A stretch of DNA of 64,000 nucleotides. It comes from Octopus vulgaris (Eukaryota). Position numbers and translations under genes: made by a program. The stretch is taken from contig OX597817.1 in the NCBI GenBank assembly GCA_951406725.2, positions 140,058,001 to 140,122,000 on the forward strand, written 5' to 3'. This document shows, piece after piece, positions 9,961 to 21,259 of the stretch. The stretch's first letter is position 1, and every line of letters starts with the position of its first letter. The notes under the pieces are model-generated. The model saw only the letters and a program-made list of their open reading frames with translations, ran no database searches and was not told the DNA's origin.

Positions 9961-12782
9961 GCCAGAACAACCTGCCATCCTCTACACACCATCATAAACT
10001 GCGAGCAGGGTACAAATTGTTGTCCTTAAATGCTCGCAGTTTATGCAACAAAATACATTTGTTCAACGCCTACGTCAGAAGTGTTGACCCTGACTTCATC
10101 ACTGTCACGGAAACATGGGCGCATTCCTTACTCTGTGATGGGGTTTTCAACATTACGGGGTACAACCTCTTCCGTAAGGACCGCACTAACCGCCGTGGTG
10201 GTGGTGTGATGGTCTACGTTCGTTCAAATTTTTTGGTAATTCCTTGTGCCGATTTGAACGAATCACAAGAAGAAGTTTTTTTCTGTGACGTGCGTATGAC
10301 CATGTCAACACTCCTGCTTGGCGTTGTTTATCGTCCCCCAAGTTACCATCGGGACACACAGCTTTGCAATGTCCTCCGAGCTGCTGCCAGGAAAACAGCC
10401 ACTTATGTGTTTATTGCAGGCGATTTCAATCATCCTGAGATCGATTGGGAGACCTTCCATTGGCCACAGAGTGCAAACGATTTTGTTGAGCTTGTGCTGG
10501 ACTCAAACTGGTCACAAGTAGTCACCTCTCCAACAAGAGGCGACAACACCTTGGACCTGCTCTTCACCACAACTCCTGAAGCAGTTATCAATTGCACTAC
10601 GGAGGAACCTCTAGGTGACTCTGATCATGCTATGATCATCGCCAATCTGGCTCTTGCGGGCAACAAAAACCTGAACCATCTCCAATCTGCTTCCTTCGAT
10701 TGGAAGAGAGCAGATTGGAACCTGTACCACACTGAACTACAGCACCCAAACTGGCGTGAATTCTACAACTCTGGAGATGTGAATACTATACTCCAGAGTA
10801 TCCTGGACTCAATATGGGCAGCATGTGCAGCATCAGTGCCACGTAAACAAAAAAAGAAGAACCGCCCCAAAAGGGCAATTTGGGAAACTTCAGCGGTCCG
10901 ACTTGCCAGGAGGGAACGTCGGACTGCTGAACGGGAATACAGGTTGCATAAATCAGACACCAACAGGAAGAAGCGGAATAAATCCTCCAACCATCTCAAG
11001 CAAGTGACAAAAAAAGCAGTGCTTGAATTTGAACAGTGCATAGCAGCCAATCCTGACAGCAAGGTTTTCTGGAAATATGTGCACTCAAAGCAGAGACCTC
11101 ACTCTCCAGTGGGCCCTCTTCGCAACCCTCACACAAACCAGATCACTGACGACCCCAAGGAATGCGCAGAACTCATTGCCGAGTGCTATGCAAACATATT
11201 CACTGTTGAAAGTCAAAATGTACCATCTTCACCATCACTAACAGCAAACTCCATAACAACTATGGAATTTACACCTGCAATGCTGCGACGTCACCTTCAA
11301 AATAAGCGCAACTATGCCTCCCCTGGTCTCGATGGAGTTACATACCTGCTTCTCAAACGTGGCAGGCACTTCCTTTTACACCAGCTTTCTATTTTCTTCC
11401 AGTACTGTCTCAACAATGGTGCTACTCCGGAGCAGTGGAAAACTGCCAGTGTCATTCCTCTGTTCAAAAAGGGCGACCGCACATCACCTGTCAACTATCG
11501 CCCAGTCAGTCTCACTAGCTGTATTGCAAAACTGATGGAATCGTGTGTCAGAGAAACACTCTGGAACTTCTGGAGCTCTCACAGTCTCATCCGACCCTCA
11601 CAATATGGATTTGTCCCTAACTCCAGCTGCAGTGACCAGCTTGTCGAGTTCCTTGAGGACATTACTCAGATTACTGACAGTGGCTCATGGGTGGATGTTG
11701 TCTACCTTGACTTTGCTAAGGCTTTCAACTCTGTGCCACACAAAAGGCTTATGGTGAAACTCTCTGCAATGGGTGTGGGGGATGACCTTTTTAACTGGTT
11801 GAAATCCTTCATCCTCAGCCGAAAGGAGGTAGTCACAGTTCTAGGACAGCACTCTACACCATATGAGATGTCATCGGGTGTACCACAGGGATCTGTCCTT
11901 GGTCCCCTCTTGTTTGTGGCATACATTAACGACATAGATGCCAATTTAAAGAATGCCACAGTATTGAAATATGCAGACGACATCAAGCTGTACCTTGAAA
12001 TCAAGAGGACAGATCCTGATGTCTACAACTCTTTCCTGCAATCAGACCTAGACACAATGCAGCAATGGATCACAGACTGGCAACTGAAACTGGCTGTGGA
12101 CAAGTGTACCACCATGCATTTTGGGAGAAAAAACCCTGCGTTCACATACTCCCTCCACAACACTGATATCAAGAAATCCTCTTGTGAGCGTGACCTAGGC
12201 ATCACTGTCAGCAGTGATTTGCGTTGGTCAAAGCATATCTCTAAGATTGTCAGGAAGGCCGAGGGTGTCTTGGCATCACTCAGCAGGTCTTTTGTTAGCC
12301 GCTCTCCAGCCATCTATTTAAAACTGTATACAGCTATGGTACGACCACACTTGGAATTTGCATCATCAGTTTGGAACCCCTATCTTGCACAGAACATTGA
12401 CCTCCTGGAATCTGTCCAGAGACGTGCAACCAAACGCATACCCTCCATCAGACACCTACCATATTCTGAGCGCCTTGTTTCCCTGGGCATGGATTCACTG
12501 AAGCTCCGGCGTTTGGCGACGGACTTGGTAAACACCCACAAAGTTATCAACCACCTCACCAACAACAACACTGAACACCTTTTTGATCTCCATGTGTCTA
12601 ACACACGTGGACATGCCAACAAAGTCAGAAAACAATACAGCTCCCATGACTTTCGGAAACATTTTTTCACGCTCAGAGTTGCTGAAGCATGGAATAAACT
12701 GCCTGCGTCAGTTGTTGACTGCCATGACACTGCATCTTTTAAGGCCCTCATGCTTTCCGAAATCCGCCGAAACTACACCTGA
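9951..12782 (+). CDS. LINE ORF2p: apurinic-like endonuclease + reverse transcriptase
   Basis: Uninterrupted frame with LNARSL, VTETW, YRPP, GDFNHP, LDLL, SDH (APE) and NYRPVSL, YLDFAKAF, GVPQGSVLGPLLF, YADD (RT); frame open from 9933, first ATG lies inside the APE domain. Confidence 0.95.
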   Translation, partial: GKLSQNNLPSSTHHHKLRAGYKLLSLNARSLCNKIHLFNAYVRSVDPDFITVTETWAHSLLCDGVFNITGYNLFRKDRTNRRGGGVMVYVRSNFLVIPCADLNESQEEVFFCDVRMTMSTLLLGVVYRPPSYHRDTQLCNVLRAAARKTATYVFIAGDFNHPEIDWETFHWPQSANDFVELVLDSNWSQVVTSPTRGDNTLDLLFTTTPEAVINCTTEEPLGDSDHAMIIANLALAGNKNLNHLQSASFDWKRADWNLYHTELQHPNWREFYNSGDVNTILQSILDSIWAACAASVPRKQKKKNRPKRAIWETSAVRLARRERRTAEREYRLHKSDTNRKKRNKSSNHLKQVTKKAVLEFEQCIAANPDSKVFWKYVHSKQRPHSPVGPLRNPHTNQITDDPKECAELIAECYANIFTVESQNVPSSPSLTANSITTMEFTPAMLRRHLQNKRNYASPGLDGVTYLLLKRGRHFLLHQLSIFFQYCLNNGATPEQWKTASVIPLFKKGDRTSPVNYRPVSLTSCIAKLMESCVRETLWNFWSSHSLIRPSQYGFVPNSSCSDQLVEFLEDITQITDSGSWVDVVYLDFAKAFNSVPHKRLMVKLSAMGVGDDLFNWLKSFILSRKEVVTVLGQHSTPYEMSSGVPQGSVLGPLLFVAYINDIDANLKNATVLKYADDIKLYLEIKRTDPDVYNSFLQSDLDTMQQWITDWQLKLAVDKCTTMHFGRKNPAFTYSLHNTDIKKSSCERDLGITVSSDLRWSKHISKIVRKAEGVLASLSRSFVSRSPAIYLKLYTAMVRPHLEFASSVWNPYLAQNIDLLESVQRRATKRIPSIRHLPYSERLVSLGMDSLKLRRLATDLVNTHKVINHLTNNNTEHLFDLHVSNTRGHANKVRKQYSSHDFRKHFFTLRVAEAWNKLPASVVDCHDTASFKALMLSEIRRNYT

Positions 12783-13664
12783 TTATATATACACTTTAGA
12801 TGAGTTGTAGTGCACCTGAGCACTGTACACAATTATTATTATTATTATTATTTTTAATATTGTAAAACATGTATTTTTATATATTTCATGGACGTCATAG
12901 GAACATAGTTAAAAATGCCTGAATGAAATGAGGATGTCAGATTTATTTTACGTATAATTTATATTACTGATCTATCGTAACAAGCTGTATACAATTAAAA
13001 CAATATTTCGGCATAAAAATGCCCTTCTCATAGTTTATACGAATACTCGCAAATAACAAACAGAAAACTCAATCACAACAAAAGCTTTAATGATTTTAGA
13101 ATCTCATTTTGCTGCTACAAATGTTTCCCAGTCATTTACTTCCCAATCTCTTACAACAATTTCTGTGGAAGAAATTTCCAAACTGATTGGCATGAGATGA
13201 TTACTATTAGCAAACGACATCTTCTTTGGTGCAGTGTAATGAGTTCGCCTGGGTCTCGAAGACGCCATGATGTGAAATGGTGGTAGGAAATGTTTTTGAT
13301 ATTTTCTTTCCTGTTCGCTCAAGGATGATATCATTTGTTAAAGAGAGAGAAAGCAATAGCTAAGAAATATATTTAGCAACAGAAAGTCATTGTGAGGACA
13401 CCAGAGATTTCGTTATGATTAATTTTACATTGTTATTCTTTTAAACTATGAAAGGGCATTTTAATCCCGAAATATCTCTTTTAACTTTATATGATTTATT
13501 ATGAAAGATCAATGATATAAATTGAAATATAATTGTACTGTCTGACGTTCTTCTTTCAATACACACACATGTGCGTATGTGTGTGTGCATATAAAGCTAT
13601 ATATACTTGTGAAATATGTATACATATGTATCTTTCCGTAACTATTATATATATAAATTCGTAC

Positions 13665-13758
<94 letters not shown>

Positions 13759-13786
13759 ATCTATCTATCTATCTATCTATCTATCA

Positions 13787-13893
<107 letters not shown>

Positions 13894-14659
13894 CACGGAC
13901 ATACTCATATACAGGCATACATTGGCTTTACATATAACGCGCATATGCATAGATGTATATATTTATATTTTAGAGTATATTTTATATATAAGAATAAAAA
14001 TATATTATCCATGCATGTGTATTTGCGTGCGTGTCTGTGAATAGTTGTGTGTGTTTGTGTAAGTATTTGTGTAAGTATGTATGTATATGTGTATGCATGC
14101 ATTGTAATAGAGAGCAAAAAGGAAACTAGGAAAATACGTCTAGTAGATGATATGTTGCCGATTTTGGCCAATTGAAAGCTGATCCCAGAGGAAAGGAATA
14201 TGCCGAGCAAACGGTCAGTTGCAGAACATAAATAATAGAAGAGGCAGCTTGAAGAAAGATGTGGAATATCAGGGGACTTTATGGTAGAAGTGAACAGCGT
14301 TGAATGTCGGCCATCATGAAATTGAATAGATGTTAGGAGGGTGAAGGCGTGAGAGGGAGAAGGTGGAGGAGAAATAATATAGAGGGGGGAGGCGAAGAGA
14401 GATGAAAGGGAAGGGGTGGGGGAAAAGGAAAGGAAATACGGACGGAGAGAGCGAGAGAGAGAGAGAGAGGGAGGGAGGGAGGAAGGGAAAGAATTTGTAT
14501 GAGAGAGAAGGAAAAGAGAAATTGCAAGAGAGAGAGAGAGAGAGAGGGGGGAGAGAGAGGAGAGAGTGTACGGAAGAAATATCTATTAAATAAAAGCTCG
14601 TGTAAATAGCAAGCTAGATAGATTGGTAGATGGCTAGAAAGACAGACAGATTAAGAGAG

Positions 14660-14724
<65 letters not shown>

Positions 14725-14814
14725 TGAAGATGAGAAAGTGGATGCATAGGAAAAGAGTGTAAGAATTCGTATAAGAAATAGAGAGAGAGAGAAGGAAGAG
14801 TGACTGAATTAGAG

Positions 14815-14872
14815 AAACCGCGATCCTCCGACCGCAAGTCCGCTGCCCTAACCACTGGGCCATTGCGCCTCC
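14815..14872 (-). mobile_element. SINE family A head fragment
   Basis: Near-identical to 3775-3832. Confidence 0.8.
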
Positions 14873-15167
14873 TTGGTGTTGGTGCTGGGGTGGTGGTTTT
14901 GGTGGTGAGTCTAGTGTGTTCGCGGTTACGGAAATGAAGTATCGTTAGTGGAACGAAATGGCATGAAACCTAGACATTTCTGTGAATGGAACCAGACATC
15001 AAGTGGTGGGCATTCTTTGGTATGAAAGAGAATGTGGTCAAGAATGGCCATTGCTGGGTTCAGGCCTCAAAAGTGGACATCAGAGAAGAGTGCTCACTGT
15101 AGGGTCAGTAGACCAGGAGAAAACTACGGTAACACATTTTGTAGGTTTGTGTTTCTAAGTCTACGTC

Positions 15168-15219
<52 letters not shown>

Positions 15220-15595
15220 TGTGTGTGTGTGTGTGTGTGTGAGTGTGAGTGAGTGAGTGTGTGTGTGTGTGTGTGTGAGTGAGTGTGCGTGTGTGAGTGT
15301 TTGTGAGTGTGAGTGAGTGTGTGTGTGTTGTGTGAGTGTGTGTGAGTGTGAGTGAGTGTGTGTGTGTGAGTGTGTGAGTGTGTGTGAGTGTATGTGTGTG
15401 TGTGCGTATGTGAGTGTGTGTGAGTGTGCGTGCGTGCGTGTGTGTGTGTGTGTGTGTGCGTGTTTCTTTGCCTTGGGCTCTGAACTCCCAACGGAGTCAT
15501 AGGGGTATCGGCATAACATACAGACGGCATGTTTTGTGTTTGATTTGACTTGGTGGAGGCCACCCCTTTCTGGCTCTGACGACAGATGATCTCCC

Positions 15596-15646
<51 letters not shown>

Positions 15647-15679
15647 CAGATAGACATCAAAAATAAAGATCGCCCCTAC

Positions 15680-15832
15680 TAGAGAATAAGTACTTTATCG
15701 ATTTCGATTTATCGATCCCAAAATAATTAAAGGCAAAGTTGACCTCGGTGTTATTTGAATTCAGATCCCAGAGAACCGGAACGAATAACCCAAAGCATTC
15801 AGCTCCTGCCGATTCAGCCAATAGACCGCCTT
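15680..15832 (-). mobile_element. Decayed SINE family B relative
   Basis: AAAGGCAAAGTTGACCTCGGTGTTATTTGAATTCAG matches the family B core. Confidence 0.6.
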
Positions 15833-15910
15833 ATGGGTGTGCGCGTGTGTGTATATAGGCGTATAAACGCGCACGTATGTGTGTGAGGGTTGCATACATA
15901 ATTTTATGTA

Positions 15911-15958
<48 letters not shown>

Positions 15959-16159
15959 ATATATATATCAAATGTGAGGATAAAATTCTTTTCGAAAAAA
16001 ATCTTATCAATGGCCAGCATATTAAAAAATACCTTTAACGGTTAAATTTATAAACAATTCATAAATGAGGACAAAGGAAAAAAATTCTAATGCCAAATAT
16101 GCCGAAAAATTGGACATATTGTCCATTAACCATATAATTTTCTTCACAAAACGCACATT

Positions 16160-16227
<68 letters not shown>

Positions 16228-16229
<2 letters not shown>

Positions 16230-16317
16230 AATGTTATAACTGAGGAAGGTTTACGTAATGAATGCATTTCCTATTATATTTTAAGTAAAACCTGAAACGT
16301 ACGTATTAAAAGATTTC
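16228..16317 (+). ncRNA. Type I hammerhead ribozyme candidate with canonical core
   Basis: CTGAGGA 16240-16246; helix II AGGTTT/AAACCT; GAAA 16294-16297; palindromic helix III ACGTACGT; GUA site; helix I GGAATGTTATAA/TTAAAAGATTTC with mismatches. Confidence 0.65.
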
Positions 16318-16365
16318 AAAATACTACTATTTGGTTTGATTTTATTATTACAGCAACACACACAC

Positions 16366-16425
<60 letters not shown>

Positions 16426-16474
16426 ACACACACAAACATATCAACAACAACCACAGTGTCTGTAAGCCAATGTC

Positions 16475-17850
16475 GTCGTTTAATTCTAGGGCAATTCAGA
16501 TCTCAGTGAAACCTATGATCAAAGGTATTCCTACCATGACCACACCATTTTTTGGGTAATATGTAAGTTATAAATGACTGTGTCCTTTTATTTTAGATGG
16601 TAGGGTTGGATTTTGAGGAAGAATTTGGCTCTTTCTTTTAGTGGGTCATGCGGTAACTGCGCAGAAGACATACCAATGCGGTGTGGTGGAGATAACATTT
16701 ACATCGGAACAGGTCTAAATGGGAATTGATTTCTAATTCGATCCAAAAATGGCAATCACGATCGATAGTCAGACATTTATTCAGAATAATAAAACAAAAA
16801 GGCGAACATCTATGCAAATTAAGTAACTAGCACAGAACAAATGGGCTAATCAACATGCAAATTAAGCAGTTTGTGGAGAAGAACAAAAGTAAAATTAGTA
16901 CGCCATTTTCGACAGATGAAATTACGTTGTTAATGAACCAAAATATAATTAATGAATTACCTTTTGTTTCTTTTGTTCTCCTTCAGGGTAAATGTATGGT
17001 GGATGTGTGTGTGTGTTTGTGTGTGTGTGCGTATGTGCGTGTGTGACTGTGTATTTGTGTGTGCGTATGTGTACGTGTGTCTCTGTGTCTGTTGTTGTTA
17101 TTATTATTTAACACCAAGTTGGTTGTGGCCAAGCAGACATATAATTAAAGGCGTTCCAGCCAAGACCATCCTGTCTTTTTATTCATATAAAATACATCCC
17201 AACCAACACACTAGACAACGTCTTCGTTTTATTGAAAGAGCAGGGAGTATTTTGTGGGTGATTTGGTTGCTATCTCTAGCAGACCAATGGGCCACATACA
17301 AGCTCCTTTGTGATCTAGCTTGTGTCTGTGGTAGAATGTGTTGGGTGCGCGCGCGTATTTTAATTGTTTCCGATTTGTCCGGAAAATTTGTTGAATGTTC
17401 ATCAAAAGATTTAACAATCATTAATAACCACAAGCCATATATCATTAATCATTAACCAAAGATGTTGTTCCAGTTATATTTGAATGCAAATCAAGTGAGC
17501 CAAGTCATTGACTGAAGATAAATGATTGATAGGTAGCATAATCGTATCACCGAAAACTGGGTCTTTAGGCTTGTTTTTCACTTATCACGAGCAACATCTA
17601 CATAATTTCGTGTCATGTGATGTATGAATCATTGTTGTTTAACCCCAGGTCAACCGTGATTAATCGAAGGCATGGCAACCGTCACCACCCAAATATAGTT
17701 TTCACGAAAGTCTATCTATAACCATATTATCTCTTGCAACCTACTGCTCTTAAGACGGTGTTATTTGAGGGAGATTTGGCTACTCTATCTAGCATGATAT
17801 TTATGGTGTAGTTTGCAATAGCGAGGAGCTGTTTCCCTCGGCTCTCACCC
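16475..17850 (-). mobile_element. Three decayed copies of an old dispersed repeat (about 16475-16670, 17105-17310, 17630-17850)
   Basis: Shared motifs TTGTTGTTTAAC.CC, AAAGGYRTTCCAGCCAWGACCA, GATTTGGYTGCTATYTCTAGCAG; another copy near 22365-22500. Confidence 0.6.
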
Positions 17851-18074
17851 CTGAAAGAACTAAAAATGGTTTTACTCGAAGAATGACTCAAAATTCTTCT
17901 AAGAACTGTTCAGTATGAGTCAATTCCTCGATATATTAAAGCTGTGACCGATGTGAAAGGTGAATCAACACCAACTTAAATCATATAATTTTAATTTAAC
18001 AAAGCGCTTCCATTATTTTTCAAACCCCTACACACATACATATGTGTGTATATATAAATGTGTATGTATGTGTT

Positions 18075-18143
<69 letters not shown>

Positions 18144-18148
<5 letters not shown>

Positions 18149-18290
18149 GACGAACTGGAACGTGAAACTCCGAGTAACAGCTTTTGTTATATTTCTGCTG
18201 CTTTTAAATAAAGCATATTACTCTACCTCTGGTATTTGAGTACTCTTTTTCCCACCTTGTTTCGCATTTATGTGCTTACTCCGGTATATA
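18144..18290 (+). mobile_element. Penelope-like pseudo-LTR remnant with hammerhead-like motif
   Basis: TGT-CCGACGA-AC(TGGAAC)GT-GAAACTCCGAGT-A-ACA directly after (TA)n; AATAAA downstream. Confidence 0.45.
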
Positions 18291-18296
18291 TATACT

Positions 18297-18509
18297 CTGT
18301 TACTCTGTTACTTGTTTCAGTCATTTGACTGCGGCCATGCTGGAGCACCGCCTTTAGTCGAGCAAATCGACCTCGGGACTTATTCTTGGTAAGCCCAGTA
18401 CTTATTCTATCGGTCCCTTTTGCCGAACCGCTAAGTGACGGGGACGTAAACACACCAGCATCGGTTGTCAAGCAATGCTAGGGGGACAAACACACACAAA
18501 CACACACAC

Positions 18510-18530
<21 letters not shown>
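18297..18530 (-). mobile_element. SINE family C, 3' half
   Basis: Reverse complement of 31170-31378. Confidence 0.85.
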
Positions 18531-18573
<43 letters not shown>

Positions 18574-18593
18574 TGTTAATAATAATATTTATA

Positions 18594-18909
18594 AGCTTAA
18601 ACCTTATGAGCGATCGGTGTATATCGACCAAAGAAAATAGTGTGATATTGTGACAAATAAGCTTTCAACGGAAAAAAAGCGAGTTTTTACTACGCATGGG
18701 AATCGAAGCCATACCTCTTATATTCGTGATAAACGTGTTCATCGACTACACCAGTCTCCCCACTCACTTCTTTCCGTTAGATTTAAGAGTTACAATTTTG
18801 CAAATATAAGAGGTGTGAGTTTGATTCCCATGCATACTAAAATACCACTTTTTTTTTCGTCGTGTGCTTGTTAGACTAATTCATGATGATCGCTGAAAAG
18901 TTTTAAGCT
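18594..18909. mobile_element. Putative TIR element containing a tRNA-like A/B-box segment
   Basis: 22-bp TIR with 3 mismatches (18594-18615 / 18888-18909); minus strand TGGTGTAGTCG ... GCTTCGATTCC at 18690-18760. Confidence 0.45.
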
Positions 18910-18922
18910 AAAATTATTTTAA

Positions 18923-19808
18923 TTTCTTTACTGCCCACAAGGGGCTAAACACAGAGAGGACAAACAAGGACAGACAAACGGATTAAGTCGAATACATCGA
19001 CCCCAATGCGGAACTGGTACTTATTTAATCGACACCGAAAGGATGAAATGCAAAGTCGACCTCGGCGGAATTTGAGCTCAGAACGTAGTGGCAGACGAAA
19101 TACCTATTTCTTTACTACCCACATGGGGCTAAACACATTGAGGACAAACAATGACAGACAAACGGATTAAGTCGATTAGATCGACCCTAGTGCGGAACTG
19201 GTACTTATTTAACCGACCCCGAAAGGATGAAAGGCAAAGTCGACCTCCGCGGAATTTGAACTCAGAACGTAGTGGCAGACGAAATACCTATTTCTTTACT
19301 ACCCACATGGGGCTAAACACATTGAGGACAAACAAGGACAGACAAACGGATTAAGTCGATTACATCGACCCCAATGCGGAACTGGTACTTATTTAACCGA
19401 CCCCGAAAGGATGAAAGGCAAAGTCGACCTCGGCGGAATTTGAGCTCAGAACGTAGTGGCAGACGAAATACCTATTTCTTTACTACCCACATGGGGCTAA
19501 ACACATTGAGGACAAACAAGGACAGACAAACGGATTAAGTCGATTACATCGACCCCAATGCGGAACTGGTACTTATTTAATCGACACCGAAAGGATGAAA
19601 GGCAAAGTCGACCTCCGCGGAATTTGAACTCAGAATGTAGTGGCTGACGAAATACCTATTTCTTTACTACCCACATGGGGCTAAACACATTGAGGACAAA
19701 CAAGGACAGACAAACGGATTAAGTCGATTACATCGACTCCAATGCGGAACTGGTACTTATTTAATCGACACCGAAAGGATGAAAGGCAAAGTGGACCTCG
19801 GCGGAATT
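18923..19808 (-). repeat. Tandem array of headless SINE family B units, period 184 bp (4 full + 1 partial)
   Basis: TTTCTTTACT recurs at 18923, 19107, 19291, 19475, 19659. Confidence 0.95.
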
Positions 19809-19829
19809 ACAAAAACGTAACAGAAATTT

Positions 19830-20040
19830 AGTCACATGTGGGCAAATATGATTAGATAATTGTGTCGCTTTTCTTTTGTTCCAGTGCCTAAAGCTCAAAG
19901 TGTGGTTATTGAACCTGGCCTTGAAATTACCCTCTGTAAGTGTAAACTCTATAACCACTAAAGACACCGTTTCGACGAAGAAATACGTGGGCCTTACAGA
20001 GGGTAATTTCAAGGCCAGGTTCAATAACCACACTTTGGTC
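19830..20040. pseudogene. Penelope-like GIY-YIG endonuclease fragment in inverted arrangement
   Basis: Plus strand KYVGLTEGNFKARFNNH; minus strand LTEGNFKARFNNHTLSFRHWNKRKATQLSNHI; 45-bp perfect inverted repeat. Confidence 0.75.
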
Positions 20041-20241
20041 CCCTAAAGAAAACAGATTGAACATGCTTTCTATGTTATGTCCCAAGAAGAATTTATATAT
20101 TTTTATATATTTTTTATGTATTTTTATATAATTTTTGTGACGAAAAGTGCGAGCGATGTGTGAGTACGCAGGCAAGCAGAGTTATAACACAGTAATTTCC
20201 CTTTATTTAACGGTATTTTTTCATAGCGTTTTCAAATAGCC

Positions 20242-20304
20242 AGATAACCGAAGAGATGGTGTTGTGGATTTCCACTTCGGCATCTGAAACTCAGAGTTTT
20301 ATCT
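20242..20304 (+). ncRNA. Hammerhead-like motif with long helix II (U4C variant)
   Basis: AGATAA-CCGAAGA-GATG..GTGGA/TCCAC..CATC-T-GAAACTCAGAGT-T-TTATCT, ~200 bp 3' of the GIY-YIG fragment. Confidence 0.55.
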
Positions 20305-20329
20305 TGACTACCGAGTAATGTAACATATT

Positions 20330-20385
<56 letters not shown>

Positions 20386-20461
20386 TATAAGTGTGTGTGT
20401 GTGTGTGCGTGCGTGCGTGCATGCGTGGGTGTTTCTGTATACTTATATGTATATATGTAAA

Positions 20462-20690
20462 GGCGGCGAGCTGGCAGAAACATTAGCGCGCCGGGCGAAA
20501 TGCTTAGCGGTATTTCGTCTGTCGTTACGCTCTGAGTTCAAATTCCGCCGAGGTCGACTTTGCTTTCATCCTTTCGGGGTCGATAAATAAAGTACCAGTT
20601 TCGCACTGGGGTCGATGTAATCGACTTAATCCGTTTGTCTGTCCTTGTTTCTCCCCTCTATGCTTAGCCCCTAGTGGGCAGTAAAGAAAT
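20462..20690 (+). mobile_element. SINE family B, full-length monomer
   Basis: Homology to 4907-5138. Confidence 0.88.
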
Positions 20691-21259
20691 ATATAGGTAT
20701 ATATGTACACACACACACGCACACACAATTGATCCTTGAGAGCTCTTTAATGCTCCATATATTCCGTTAAAACTACTTTAACTACTATAAATATTTAGTC
20801 ATATTTTCTATCTTTCAAAAAAAGCCAGGTCTTAATACAACCGACGACCATATTGCGTCTTGTAATTGAAACAAAATGATTAAATAATCAACCGTGTGTG
20901 GTTCGCCTTCTTCTTTAAGTAGGCTGCAGAAATCCCAGTTGTACATTTATTACTGTTAAGTGTTTTAAGTATAATGAAACAGATCATGGCTCTCAGAAAA
21001 CTGGACTGTTGTGCTCAGCATTTGCGAGTCTCTCAGAGCATTGGGAGTCGGTAGTTTTCTCTTTTTTATCAATCAATTAGAAATAATATTGATTAGGTTA
21101 AACACATGCATGCACACACGCGCACATGCACACGTATATGCGTACATACAAATGTACACGCACGTGCAAACTTGCGCACACATACATGCATACATGTGCA
21201 CACACTTGTACACATATATGCACTCATACATATGTACACTTAAATATATTGAAATATAT

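Larger units (their letters stand above)
8732..12850 (+). mobile_element. Near full-length CR1/L2-group non-LTR retrotransposon (5' UTR boundary not determined)
   Basis: ORF1 + ORF2, short 3' UTR with AGTGC/GCACT hairpin and (ATT)n tail at 12831-12850. Confidence 0.92.

Noticed and set aside
18923-19808. CRISPR-like regular array
   Set aside because: Units are wholly repeated SINE bodies with no unique spacers; eukaryotic context, no cas genes
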